NCBI RefSeq assembly: GCF_006345805.1
Contig: NC_043010.1
Coordinates: 33,480,001 to 33,544,000 of the forward strand
DNA: 64,000 nt
Direction of reading: 5' to 3'
Source of the DNA: Octopus sinensis
Taxonomy: Eukaryota
The position numbers and the translations under genes were made by a program. Positions 11,225 through 23,775 of the stretch are shown one piece after another; position 1 is the stretch's first letter; each line of letters opens with the position of its first letter. The notes beneath the pieces were generated by a model. The model saw only the letters and a program-made list of their open reading frames with translations. It was not told the origin of the DNA and made no database searches.

Positions 11225-11630
11225 AGAAAAATAATGAATGTGGCTATGTGGTAAGAAGCTTGCTTCCCAACCACATGATTCCAGGTTCAGTTCCACTGTA
11301 TGGCACCAAAGCCTTGTGAGTAGATTTGGTAGATTTGGTAGATTTGGTAGATGGAAACTGAAAGAAGCCCAATGTATATATATATGTTTATATATTTGTG
11401 TGTGTCTGCTTGCCCCCACCGCCATCACTTCACAACCACCACCACCACCACCACCGTTGCTCAACAACCAGTGTTGGTGTGTTTACATCCCTGTAATTTA
11501 TTGGCAAAAGCAACTGATAGAATAAGTACTAGGCTTATAAGGAATAAGTCCTGGGATCGATATGTTTGACTAAAGAGAGTGCTCCAGCATGGCCACAGTC
11601 AAATGACTGAAACAAATAAAAGAATACATG
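11225..11630 (+). mobile_element. SINE family A with internal (GTAGATTTG)x3 expansion
   Basis: Head to tail; tandem 9-mer at ~11320-11350. Confidence 0.85.
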
Positions 11631-12472
11631 CAAAACTTTTATGTATATATATGTGTGTGTGTGTATACACATATATACACACACACACATTCATAGTTAT
11701 ATAGTTTACAAAAATACCATTATCAAAAGAAGAGAATATTCATCCTTCTAAAAACGGCCCAATACAATGGTAATCCTGTTCAATTGTCAAGGCACACATA
11801 GTTCAGCTTGAAAGTCAGATTGAATCTTGCTTGCTTGCAACGTTACTCAGCCAAACTGGTGCATAATGGGGAAATACTTTGAATTAAGTATACCCTGAAA
11901 TGTTAATATGAATTGAATGAAACAACTTTCACATAAATCTGTAAAGTGGTTTTCCAGATATTAAAGATTTTGGGGGTATAAATACCCAAAACGGTGTATA
12001 ATGTTCCAAAAATAATCTTTATCCTGAAATGAAGACACTCTTATCTTTCGACACAGTGAGTTGATAAACGAGAAAATACAATTTTTGTTTCTAAGTCAAT
12101 ATCTGTTTCCGCTTTTGTTAAACGCAATAATTTAATCATTTAGAAATATTTTTATGTGATTTCAATAATGTAAATTCAGTAACTATTTATATTTTAGCTT
12201 TCATTAAACATACAATATTTTGATGTTTCTCTTAAATTATTTTCAAGTGAATACCATTGCAAACATTTTTTTTGACATATTTAAAAAATATTCTAAGGTG
12301 AATATGACTTTAAAAATATGGTAAATATTTCGTAAAAGACCTGTTCGTAACCCCAATGTGAAATAGTTTTTTTCGAGTGCATTCAACGTATCTCACCTCC
12401 AAAGATTTGGCTGCTATTTCTAGCACGCCCTACTACACATAACAGCTATTTGTAATAAAGGACCCAAAATAC

Positions 12473-12588
12473 CTGTTATGTGGTAGCAGGGTATGCAACA
12501 AATAGCAGCTAAATCTCTCCTTTTCTGGGGAAAGGAGCTGTTTATGCATGATTTCAATGTCACATTTGTTGAAGGCACATGAAATAAC
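12473..12588 (-). CDS. Candidate 116-nt exon, product unrecognised
   Basis: Strong acceptor TTTATTTTTTGTTTTCCAG|G and donor ACAG|GTATTT; two open frames: VISCAFNKCDIEIMHKQLLSPEKERFSCYLLHTLLPHN or LFHVPSTNVTLKSCINSSFPQKRRDLAAICCIPCYHIT. Confidence 0.45.
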
Positions 12589-12627
12589 CTGGAAAACAAA
12601 AAATAAACTCACAAAACAAAACTCCGT

Positions 12628-12679
12628 CTCTGAGAAACTCAGAGTTTCCCAGTGACCCAACGGGTCACGGGTAATCTAG
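12628..12679 (+). mobile_element. Helitron-like 3' terminus (twin hairpins + CTAG|T)
   Basis: CTCTGAG-AAA-CTCAGAG (12628-12644), GTGACCC-AAC-GGGTCAC (12652-12668), CTAG at 12676-12679 followed by T. Confidence 0.55.
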
Positions 12680-12894
12680 TATATATGTGTGTGTGTGCAG
12701 GCATGGTTATGTGATAAGAAACTTGCTTGGTCTCACTGGGCAAGTGTTTTGTACTACAGCTCAGGTCCAACCAAAGCCTAGTGAGTGGATTTAGTGGATG
12801 GAAACTGAAAGAAGCCCCGTTATATTATGTCTATGTTTGTGTTTGCCCCCTCCTCCCCAGTGCTTGACAACTGGTATTGATTCAGCAAACACAA

Positions 12895-13270
12895 TAGGCA
12901 CAGAGTGGCTGCATGGTAAGTAGCTTGCTTACCAATCACATGGTTCCGGGTTCAGTCCCATTGAGTGGCAAGTGTCTTCCACTATAGCCTTGGGCCGACG
13001 AAAGCCTTGTGAGTAGATTTGGCAGACAGAAACTGAAAGAAGCCTATCGTATATACATATATATCTGCATGTGTGTGTGTGTGTGTGTACCATCGCTTGA
13101 CAACCGATGCTGGTGTGTTTATATCCCAGTAACTTAGCAGTTCGGCAAAAGAGACCAATAGAATAAGTACCAGGCTTACAAAGTATAAGTCCTGGGGTCG
13201 ATTTGTTCGACTAAAGGCGGTGCTCCAGCATGGCTGCAGTCACATGACTGAAACAAATAAAAGAAAACTA
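12895..13270 (+). mobile_element. SINE family A, full length
   Basis: Head GTGGCTGCATGGTAAGTAGC through AAACAAATAAAAG tail. Confidence 0.88.
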
Positions 13271-13784
13271 AAAGAAAGGAAACGACACACACACACACAC
13301 ATACATGCATGCACACACACAGTTTATAGATGGAGGGTTTAATTTGTTGAACATGGATAGAAACATTTCTACACAGTGTTCAGCAAACTAAGTGACCTGT
13401 AATGTTAGCACTAACTACATAATGAAAGTACCACTCTAGCTGCTAATTGCTTTGATATGCATGTCAGTGGGAGGGGTAAACAAGTTGATAAAGACATACT
13501 GCTAGTTGTAATAGTAGATGTGTGTGTGTACATGTGTGCATCATCATCGTCGTCGTTTAACGTCCGTTTTCCATGCTAGCATGGGTTGGACGGCTGTGCA
13601 TATATATCTATCTATCTATCTATATATATATATATAGGTCCTTTTACATACTATATATATCTATATAGGTCCTTTTACATACTTAACATTGCTTGGTAAA
13701 ATTATTAATTACTAATTAATTAATTAATTTTACCCTTATTATTATTGACTATATATATGTATGTATGTCTGTATGTATGTAGGC

Positions 13785-14380
13785 ATGATTGTAATCATAT
13801 GGTTTCAGGTTCAGTCCCACTGCACAGTACTTCTACTCGGGCAAGTGTCTGCTATTATAGCCCCAGGCCAAGTAATTCCTTGTGAGTGAATTTGTTAGAC
13901 AGAAATTGTGTGTGTGTCTGTATTTGTCATCTCTCCCCCAACTTCCCTGCTTGACAACTGGTTTTGCTTTGTTCATGATTCTGTAACTTAGCAGTTTGGT
14001 AAAAGAGATTGATGGAATAAGTACTGAGCTCTTGATATGCATGTCAGTGGGAGGGGTAAACAGGTTGGTAGACATACTGCTAATTGTATTAGTAGATGTG
14101 TATGTGTGTGTATATACATATATATGTATATAGGCATAATTGTTGTAATTAAGGAGCTCACTTTGCAATTGTGTTGTTTCAAGTTCAGTCCCATTGCACA
14201 GCACCTCATCTTGCTTTACTCATGTCCCTGTAACTTAGAAGGTTATCCACAGAGGCCGATAGAATTAATAACAGGCTTTAAAAAAAATTTGTCCTGAAGT
14301 CAATTTGTTTGACTAAAAAACCCTTCAAGGCAATGTTCCTGCGTAGCCGCAGTCAAATGACTGAAACAAGTAAAAGATAA
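13785..14380 (+). mobile_element. Two degenerate SINE family A fragments
   Basis: Head/core motifs at 13785-14030 and head/tail motifs at 14130-14380. Confidence 0.65.
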
Positions 14381-14479
14381 AAAAATACACACAGACACAT
14401 TACACAGTTGTATCACATGACCATACAAGCAGTCTTTCATTCACACTACATCTGTTTTCTCTTATATCTTATATCTAGC

Positions 14480-15530
14480 TTTTCTTCATCTCATTTCGTA
14501 CTCTCTCATTCAAATACAACAGTGCACATCCAGCAAAGCATGCTAACTTCATTTCTGTCTAGTCTTCATAAATCTTCTGCATCGAAAAGCCCATGTTTCA
14601 CTATCACATGGCATCAAATTTTGTACACAAGCATCATGCAATTTGCTCTTTGCTCTGAGAATTAAATCCTTTGTTGCCAGCAACTACACCCATCATCACT
14701 GCTAATTAGCTTATTTACATAACAAAAGATATCAACTACTTTTAATGAGTTTTCTGAGCATTTGAAAGCATGTATTTCAAATATATTCTTAATCTTAATT
14801 ACTCCCGTGCACCTGTTACAAATGAAATCAATATCCTCTGTCAGTTTGCCTATGCTCCTACTAAACCTATTGTACCTTTCATGGTTTACCCTGGGTACAC
14901 TGTATAGAATTTCTACATCCCAAGCATGGCCATTTCCCAGATGGCGTAGCACTGTTGTGTCTTCTTACCAGCATACTACAACTTTAGTCTTTCCTATCTT
15001 TACTTTGAGGTGTTTTGATTTTGCTTCCATGTCTAGATTTTTGGATCTTTTCATTTCTATAAGAAGCACTGAACTGGCTGTAAGAACTGGGTCGTCTACA
15101 TACAGAAGTTCTCTCGGACAGCTTGTCTGAATTCTTCTATCATAAACAAGTGGGGATCTGAGAACGAAGCTCTGATGAATTCCTGCTTGTGCACTAAATT
15201 CATCTCTGAACTCATTGTTGACTTTCATCTTACTGACTGAGCTTTATTCTTGCCTTGTAAGCCATCCGTCCACCTCTAGTTCTTTAGTGACCATCAAGCT
15301 ACAGAACAAGACCTTCTTCAAGTTGGTGAATGCTAAATATAGCTAACTACTTTTCCTGCAGTTTTCTCACTAAGAATATTAGTATCAGTTTTACCCCTTC
15401 CTGATACAAAGCTGAACTTCATCTCATCTAGGCTAATTTTATTCCTAATCGGTTGTGATATATCTCTTTCTGTAGCTTTCATAAACTGGTCCAACCATTT
15501 GATGCCTTGGTAATTGCCATTCATCAGTGG
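14480..15530 (-). pseudogene. Old degenerate RTE LINE ORF2 fragment (same family as 34660-36580)
   Basis: Minus frames give ISLDEMKFSFVSGRG, AGIHQS, CPRELLYVDD, KVKIGKTKV, FICNRC, LKVVDIFCY. Confidence 0.85.
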
Positions 15531-16493
15531 TTCTCTTTTGAGGAAACACTTTGGCCCTATAACATCTGATAATGATAATTTTACTTTAAATACAATTGGT
15601 TAGTTGTTTGCTTAGATAGCAAGGGTGAGAATCATTTTGCCAGCATCTACTTAGATTTTTTGTTTTTTTTTATTTAAATGAAAAGAATAAAGATAACTTT
15701 ATGCATTTTCTTCCTTGTAAATTTTTCTTTTAACCACAGTCTTTAACATTCACACATAGCTATTTCAATGTTGTTGGATTTCTTCAGTACAAAGTAGTCC
15801 AGGGTCTAAACCAGGGGTTCTCAACCATTGTTTTTATCTATGGATCCCCTTGATTATTATTTTATTCTGGTGAACCATCATTACTAGTTGATGTTTAAAA
15901 ACTATTTTTATAGAAGCTTCTTTCAAAATTCTCATTTTGTTTTACACACATTAATTTATGTAAAGTGAACTATGTAAAATGTTAGTGTTTCTTGCAATAT
16001 ATACATCTGAAGCAAAAATTTTTTAGGAGTCCTTAAAATACTAAGAGGATTGCAGTAATCTTAAAGAAGAAAGATGAGATGATGTATTAAAAACTGGAGA
16101 AGTGAGACAGCTGGGCCTAAATCAAAGAGTTATATCATTTAGGAGAGCTTGAACCATTGCAGTAGCTGTTGGTTGCAGGAGAGAGAGAGAGGTTGTAGGT
16201 TGTTGGTGAGCAAATCTTTGATGTCAATCTGTTGAATGGCCTTGTTTACACATAAGATCCGTGATGTTTGTGAACAGCAGCTCAGTCCTATAGTTTTTGA
16301 GATATTAGCAGTGTTACTGTTGTTTAATCCTAGGTCAGTCTTGATGGATCAATCCAGCTATGGTCATCTTGTCCTTTATTATTATTATTATTTTTTTGTC
16401 CACGCATTAACTGATCTAAGACTACATTATCTGATGTCCAGCATCTTGGGCAAATGTTTTCTACTATACACCAATTGGCATTGGTTGTTTTAA

Positions 16494-16691
16494 CCCTTTA
16501 CTATTCAGATTACATTGTTAAATGTAATATTTATTAATATTATTTAAAAATTAATCATGCGTTATCTCATAGCTTTGAAATTTTGATGATGTGACATTGT
16601 AAGGTAGGTGTCAGAGGCTGGATCTGGTTGGTTTGAACATAAACCTGGTAGAATGTTTAGACTGGATATAGCTGGTTTAAATGCTAAATGG
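16494..16691. mobile_element. Second TTAA/piggyBac-like MITE family (CCCTTTAGCATT-type TIR)
   Basis: TTAA|CCCTTTACTATT...AATGCTAAATGG|TTAA; relatives at 18515-18726, ~34145-34409, 38347-38570. Confidence 0.7.
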
Positions 16692-16820
16692 TTAATTCCC
16701 CATTAAATTTGCAGTTCTGCAAAACAGACTGATAGAAAAAGTACTGTAGTCAATTTATTTGATTAATATCTGCAAAGTTGTGGCTCAGCATGGTTACGGT
16801 CCAGTGACTGAGATGATTAA

Positions 16821-17041
16821 CCCTTTCATTACCGTATTTATTTTGAGATGCTCTGTTTCTTTCAATTAATTTTAAATATAACAAAGAATTTAGTAAAATA
16901 ACTTAGTTATCATAAAGCTAGTGTTAGGAACATAAATTGTGGACTAAGGTTTGGTGGAAGATTTTAATTCAGAACTTCTGAAAACAAGACATTTGTACTA
17001 CAGAGCCAGAGGTCGTTTCAGGCAGGTTGGTATCGAAAAGG
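16821..17041. mobile_element. TTAA piggyBac-like MITE (family of 7155-7775)
   Basis: TTAA flanks, ~220 bp, high similarity to 34414-34635. Confidence 0.8.
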
Positions 17042-17134
17042 TTAAATGAAAAAGGTAAAAGGTATTGATATTGATTAAAACAAAAAAAGAGGGCAGTTCT
17101 GTATGAGAGATCCCTGCAGTGGATTTGGGGATAG

Positions 17135-17222
17135 GAAATTAGGATATTTTCGTTTAAGAAATTAGGATATTTTCATTTAAGAAATTAGGATATTTTCATT
17201 TAAGAAATAAGGATATTTTCAT
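17135..17222. repeat. 23-bp minisatellite, ~3.8 copies
   Basis: GAAATTAGGATATTTTC(G/A)TTTAA repeated. Confidence 0.9.
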
Positions 17223-17449
17223 ATGCCCACAAGCCTTTTTGAGAGTGCTCCAAACATGTGTACTTAAGAAGTTTTCTTTGCAGCTACCTAGCTTTGGATT
17301 TGATCCCAATACACATGTATATCTACCATAAGAAACTGATACAGAGTGAACATGTATCATATGTTTCTAATATATATATGTGTGTGTGTATTTGTTCAGT
17401 GTGATACAACTTAACTTTCTCTTATCTTTTGCTACATATTCATCATCAT

Positions 17450-17610
17450 TGGTTAACATCTGCTTTTCATGCTGGTATGGGTTGGCTGGTTTGATCTGGA
17501 GCTGTCCAAACTCCAGTTGTCTGTTGTGGCATGGTTCATACAACTGGATGCACTTCCTAACACCAAGCACTTAACAGAGTGTGCTGGGCACTTGTTACAT
17601 GCCACAACAA
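17450..17610 (-). mobile_element. Degenerate RTE 3' tail fragment
   Basis: TCATGCTGGTATGGGTTGG...CAACTGGATGCACTTCCTAACACCAA. Confidence 0.7.
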
Positions 17611-18514
17611 GCATTCATATTTAGTTTATATAGCTGTGGCACCTTGGGTAACTGTCTTCTACTTTAGCCCCCTACACACACATGTGTACTTTGCTACAAA
17701 TATTGACAATTTTTTATCAATAGACCATCCACTCACTCTTTGCTTTTGAAGAAATGTGGAATATAAAAAAAATCACTTGAAAAACGAGAGGTAAAGAGTT
17801 AGCAAGAGGAAGGGCATACTGTTGTAAACAACTGTGTGCCTTAGTAATATATATTCACCTAACCCATGCTAGTATTTAAAAATAGACATAAAATTATATA
17901 TAATTTCATTCTGTTTCAGTAAACTCTTGTTCATCCGTACTCTTATACACATATAAACACAATATTTTATATTACAATATAACCTGTCAATCCAACTTTA
18001 TTATTATTTTATCTCTTATTCATAATGTTTCCTCTTCCCCTTGTAGTCTTTCAGAAATTTATATCATGTTTATATATCAGTTTTATTATATTTTATTTAT
18101 GTGACTTTTATGTTTTAATCTAAATTCTGAGTTCAAATTGTACTGAAGTTGACTGCCTTCTTTTATCTCTCTGAAGTCAATAAAACGGACACTTGTAATG
18201 AGGATTGATTTAATATTCCTATCAAGCATTCTAGGTGCCGTGCTAATGGAATTAGTGGAGTATCAGGACAGTGCTCATTCTCCAAACCTGTAGCATTACA
18301 AATGTGATTATTAACTCTTTCACAGTGTAATTAAATTTCATGATTATTCCAGTAATGATGTTTAACATCATATCTGCCAAAAACTAGAAAATTGATATTT
18401 TTTCCAAGTCACAGCCTCAATAAACTTGAGATATCTCAAAAATATTAGTTTCAAAAATGACATTCTTCAACAACAAAAGATAGACTGGTATATAAAACTC
18501 CTTTCTTCGGTTAA

Positions 18515-18726
18515 CATTTTAGCATTCAGAATACTCTTTCAAATTAATGTTTATTTATTTATTTATTTATTTTGTTTTGAATTAATCATGCATTATCTCA
18601 TAGCTTCGACATTAAAAAAAATCTTTTTAGGTTGACATTGTAGGGTCAGTGTGAAAAGCCAGATCTGGCCTGTTTAAATGCTAATGAGATTTTGAGTGGA
18701 TATATCTGATTTCTGCTGTAAAAGAG
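18515..18726. mobile_element. TTAA MITE (CCCTTTAGCATT family), degenerate
   Basis: Similar to 16494-16691. Confidence 0.6.
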
Positions 18727-18940
18727 TTAAGCATTGCTAAAGTTTTAATCCAAATCTATAACAAATCTATCAACAGTTTTTCTTATTGAACACTTTTACT
18801 ATGAACGTCATCACTATGTTATTTTTCTGTATTTACTCTCTCTCTGTATATATATATATTTATATAAATAAGGATAAGATCGTTATTTAAAATACCAATC
18901 TTATCATATGGCCAGCATGGTAATAAAAACCTCAAAGGTA

Positions 18941-19173
18941 ATAATTAATATTAAGATTATAATTAAGGGTATCTAAGAGATACCACCATGCTAGAAATAG
19001 CAGCCAAAACTTGACTCTAAAATGAATTATTTTGCTACTTTATTTTGTCTCTTTGTCTTCTCTCCTGGTGCTGTATGAACATTTAACGTGGTTTTAGAGT
19101 CAAGTTTTGGGTGTTATTTCTAGCATGGTAGTATCTCTTAGATACCCTTAATTATAATTTTAATATTAATTAT
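18941..19173. repeat. Fold-back element: 82-bp inverted arms, ~69-nt spacer
   Basis: Arms 18941-19022 and 19092-19173 complementary with a few mismatches. Confidence 0.9.
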
Positions 19174-19189
19174 ATGTATATATATATGC

Positions 19190-19545
19190 TTTTATTCTTT
19201 TCAATCATTGGCAGCCATGCTGGAGCACTGCCTTTAGTTGAGCAAATCAACCCCAGAACTTATTCTTTGTAAGTCTAGTACTTATTCTATCAGTCACTTT
19301 TATCAAACCGCTAAGATATGGATACGTAAATGCACCAGCATCGGTTGTCAAGTGATGTTGGCGGAGACAAACACAGACACACAAATACACACACACACAC
19401 GACAGGCTTCTTTCAGTTTCCGTCTACCAAATCCACTCACAAGGCTTTGGTCAGCCCGAGGCTATAGTAGAAGATGCTTGCCCAAGGTGCCATGCAGTGG
19501 GAATGAAGCCAGAACCATGTGGTTGGTAAGCAAGCTGCAAAAACA
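19190..19545 (-). mobile_element. SINE family A
   Basis: Head to tail on minus strand. Confidence 0.85.
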
Positions 19546-19980
19546 TCAATGTTGATGTTTTTGCTTCTTTAATTAAAAAGGTAGAGTAATAACTCTACCT
19601 TTTGGTATTCAAGTACTATTTTTCTCCACCTCGTTTTCTATTTATGTGCTTACTCATGTGTATGTGTATATATATGTATATATATATATATATATATCAT
19701 TATCATCATCAACGTCTACTATTCCATGCTTGCATGGATCAGACAGAATTTGTTGAGCAGATTTTCTATGGTTCGATGCTCTTCCTGTTGCTAACCCTTA
19801 CATGTTTCCTGGCAAGATGATATTTTACCATGAAAGAGTGAAAGCAAATAACATTGCTTGTATGATGATGATGTTCATTCACAAGGCTTTGGTTAGCCCA
19901 AGGTGCCACGCAGTGAGACTGAACCTGAAACTATGTGGTTGGTAAGCAAGCTACTTAGCACACAGCCACTCCTGTGCCTA

Positions 19981-20019
<39 letters not shown>

Positions 20020-20179
20020 GGACAGCCATGAAACGATCGTAGTGTTTTACTCATTATCTTTTATTAAACTTTTAATACTTTTGATATATATTTAAAATAA
20101 TATAAATTAATTAATTTTATGTATTGGCTTAAGTTTTTCATTGTTTGATTTGCCTAATAGTGGTTTTATCTCTAATTTA

Positions 20180-20430
20180 ATATATATATATATATAATAT
20201 ATTATATATATATATATATATTATATATATATGTATACATATTTATATATATGTATATATATATATATGTGTGTATACATATATATATATGTGTAAACAT
20301 ATATATATATGTATACACATATATATATATATATATATATGTGTGTGTATATACATATATATGTATATGTGTATGTGTGCATATATATATATGTATGTGT
20401 TTGTGTATATATATATGTGTGTACCCCCCC
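20180..20430. repeat. TA/TG microsatellite
   Basis: Directly visible. Confidence 0.95.
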
Positions 20431-20439
20431 CCCCCCCAA

Positions 20440-20635
20440 AGAAAAATACAAGAAAGAAAACAACAATGCGAGGATGTGATACATACAAAGTATTAACAGA
20501 CTCTCAGGGAAAGAAAAAAAAATGGTGTTTTACATTTTGAGCAAGGCTCTTCGTCAGAAACAGGAGACAGATTAACGTCCAGAGAAAAGGAAGATGGAGG
20601 GAAAAAATCGCCAACAATCCACATGTAGTTACATA
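20440..20635. repeat. Dispersed repeat, possibly Penelope-derived
   Basis: ACAACAATGCGAGGATGTG...GCTCTTCGTCAGAAAC; related copy at ~27110-27200; class assignment is inference. Confidence 0.45.
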
Positions 20636-20651
20636 TGTGTATATCTATTTC

Positions 20652-20695
<44 letters not shown>

Positions 20696-21040
20696 TATAT
20701 ATATATAGAAATATATATATATAGAAATATATATATATATATTATATATATATATATATGTACATTTCTGTATGTATGTATGTATGTGCCTATAAGCTCT
20801 GGCATGGCTGTGTGACAAGATGTTTGTTTCTCAGCCACATGATTCTGCATTCAGTCATGTTGTGTGGGTAGGTGTCTTCCATTATAGCCCCAGATTGACA
20901 AAAGCTTTATAAAATAAATACCCAGGTTTGAAAACGTATGTCCGGGGGTTGATTTGTTTGACTAAATTCAGTCCAGTAACTGAAAGAAGTAAAAGATAAA
21001 GATATATACATATGTGCATGTATATATAGATATGTATGTA

Positions 21041-21115
<75 letters not shown>

Positions 21116-22516
21116 CTATATATATATATATATACACACATATAAAAAGGAAAACAAAATATATGTGAATGTGTTTATTATATTGTTTCACTCATTGGAA
21201 TGATGATGCTACCCACTGCCATCTCCACCGACAGTTGAGCAAACCAATAATAGTACTTATGGTTTTTTTTAAAAAGTTTGGTACTTATTCTAGCAGTCTC
21301 TTTTATCAAACTGCTAATTTATAGGGATGCAAACAAACTAACACTGGTTGTCAAGCAGTAAAAAACAAATGCAAAGTGAAGACCCCACACACACATACAC
21401 GTGTGTATGTGTAAATATATCAGAAGATAATCTCAACCAAATAGCAATGAAAATATTTTAAATATTAGAAACAAATTAGTAACGATGTGAACAATTAAAA
21501 CTTTATATATTTGACTACTAGAGGCCTTGTGTGTGTATATATATATGTACATGCATGTATATATGTGTGTATGTGTATAGATATGTATGTGTATATATAT
21601 AGATATGTGTGTATATATGTATGTATGTATGTATGTGTGTGTGGGCTCACACACACACACAGAGGAGTGAGAAATACACCCATGCATAATATGCTGTGCG
21701 AGAGAGAGAGAGAGAGAAAGAACAAAAATGGTGACATGGAATGATGATGCTACCCACTGCCATCTCCACCGACACTCTCCAACCACCACACCCTCGCTGC
21801 CTCTACTTTGTATCCCTACTCCATTCCGCTTCACTTGTCACTATCTATTGTTGTATCGTGGAAAAAGCAGCAGCTTCTCCACCGTGTTTTGCTGTTGTTG
21901 CAGTCTCATGCATGCAACACATCGTGTCTTTTATGGTGGTAGTAAAGCTCTTGGTGGTGTTGTCGTTGTCATTGTTGGTGATGGTTATTGTGGTGGATAT
22001 ATGAACCATTTCCAAGTGGTGGATGGGTAACACAACTTATGAATAGTGTGAAGCAAAATAACTTTTTAATTATTTTTAATGTGGCCCTCTACATATTCGA
22101 GCCCAAATTCTGCCTAAATGTAGCCTTGGCTTTCATACTTCTGTGGTCGATAAAATAGGGTGTCATCATGTACTAGGGTTAATTTAATCAACTGTAGCCC
22201 CACCCACTTCCTTCCTCTCCACCCAAATTTAAGGTCTTGTGCCACCGTTAAAAATCCATATTAAGGCATAGCTGAGATTTTAGTCCAAACATATGAGAAG
22301 CATGTTAAGCTGAAGACAAACGACATTTATGTGATAGAGTGGGAGGCTGAGATCGAAGTACCCCCCTCTGTGCTGTTTTCTCTCTCTCTTTCTCTCTTCT
22401 TTGACACATGCTTCCATTCCAATGAATGCCGTTTTTGACTGCCACTACATAATGTGTAGAGTATCTACACACACACTGTTGTATTTTTGTGTGTGTATAA
22501 TATATACATACTATAT

Positions 22517-22550
<34 letters not shown>

Positions 22551-23479
22551 ATATATATATAATCATCAGAAATTGCAAAGTGAATCAAGACCCGAGAGTT
22601 TCATGCATGTGTGTGTGTGTGAGTGCATACACACATACATGCCTATGCATTTATCTGTGTGTGTGTGTGTATGTGTATTAGTACAATATTAATAATATAT
22701 TTAAATTTATATTTTATTATAGATAATCTCTTTCGTTATTAATTGAATTTTTGAGGGAGATTCTGTCTCTTAATTCTATATATATATATATCTTTATTGG
22801 TAGCATTTCCTGCATGAATGCAATGCATGCATAAACAAATGCAAATAACAAATTTGATTTTAATATGAATTTAAATTCTTTCATTTATGCGAGAGACATC
22901 AGCTGAAAAAATGGGTACCCACATGCTGCATGTACCCTGCTTCTATTACGTGGAGTTTTGGAAATTGTACTCTTGATTGATCCATCATAGATGATGCACA
23001 TTCTTACACACATGCACACATAGCACCACACATGCAGATAGCTTGCTGGTGGGGGTGAGGTGGCGGAGGGGGGGCAAAAACTCAAATGGGTATAAAAAGA
23101 AAAATAGACTGATTTGTAGTTGGAGAATGTGGTGGATTGCAAGAGTGATTGAATGATTGATTGATTGATTGATTGACAGAAAAATAGATAGATCAAATGA
23201 TTCATAGAAAAATAGATAGATTAAATGATTCATAGAAAAATAGATGGATTGATAAAAAAAAATTTTAGGAAAAGAGAAAATAGAAAGCTACATGGATTGA
23301 TGTACGTATGCATATATAACTATCAGCCTATCCATTTAACTATCCAGCTAGATGGAAGGATGAATGAATGAATGCACAGCTAGATAGATGGATGGCTGCA
23401 TGCATGCATGAACAGATAGCTGGCTAGCTAGATCGATAAGATGACTAGACGCCATGCCTGTTGACATGTCTTTGACCTA

Positions 23480-23775
23480 CCATGTGATGTAGTAGTAGTG
23501 GTTGTGGTGGTGACAGTTGCGTTTGTAGTAGTGGTGGTGGTGGTAGTAGTGACATTGCTGGTAAAGACTAGTGATGAGGGTAGTTGTAGTAGTAGTAGTG
23601 GTTGTAATAGTGGTGATGGTTGTGGTAGTAATAAGTATTGGTGGTGGTGATGTTGCTGGTAATAACTGTGGTGGTAGTTGTGGTATTTGTGGTGATGGTT
23701 GCAGTAGCAGCAGCAGTAGTAGTAGTAGTGGTGGTGGTGGTGGTGGTGGTTTTTTAGTAGTAGTAGTAGTAGGCA
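23480..23775. repeat. Compound (TAG/TGG/CAG)n trinucleotide repeat
   Basis: Directly visible. Confidence 0.92.

Noticed and set aside
17737-17775. 39-nt minus-strand exon candidate (TTTTTCAAG|...AGA|GTGAGT)
   Set aside because: Contains a T8 run and is phase-incompatible with the preferred frame of the 12473-12588 exon; kept out of the model.
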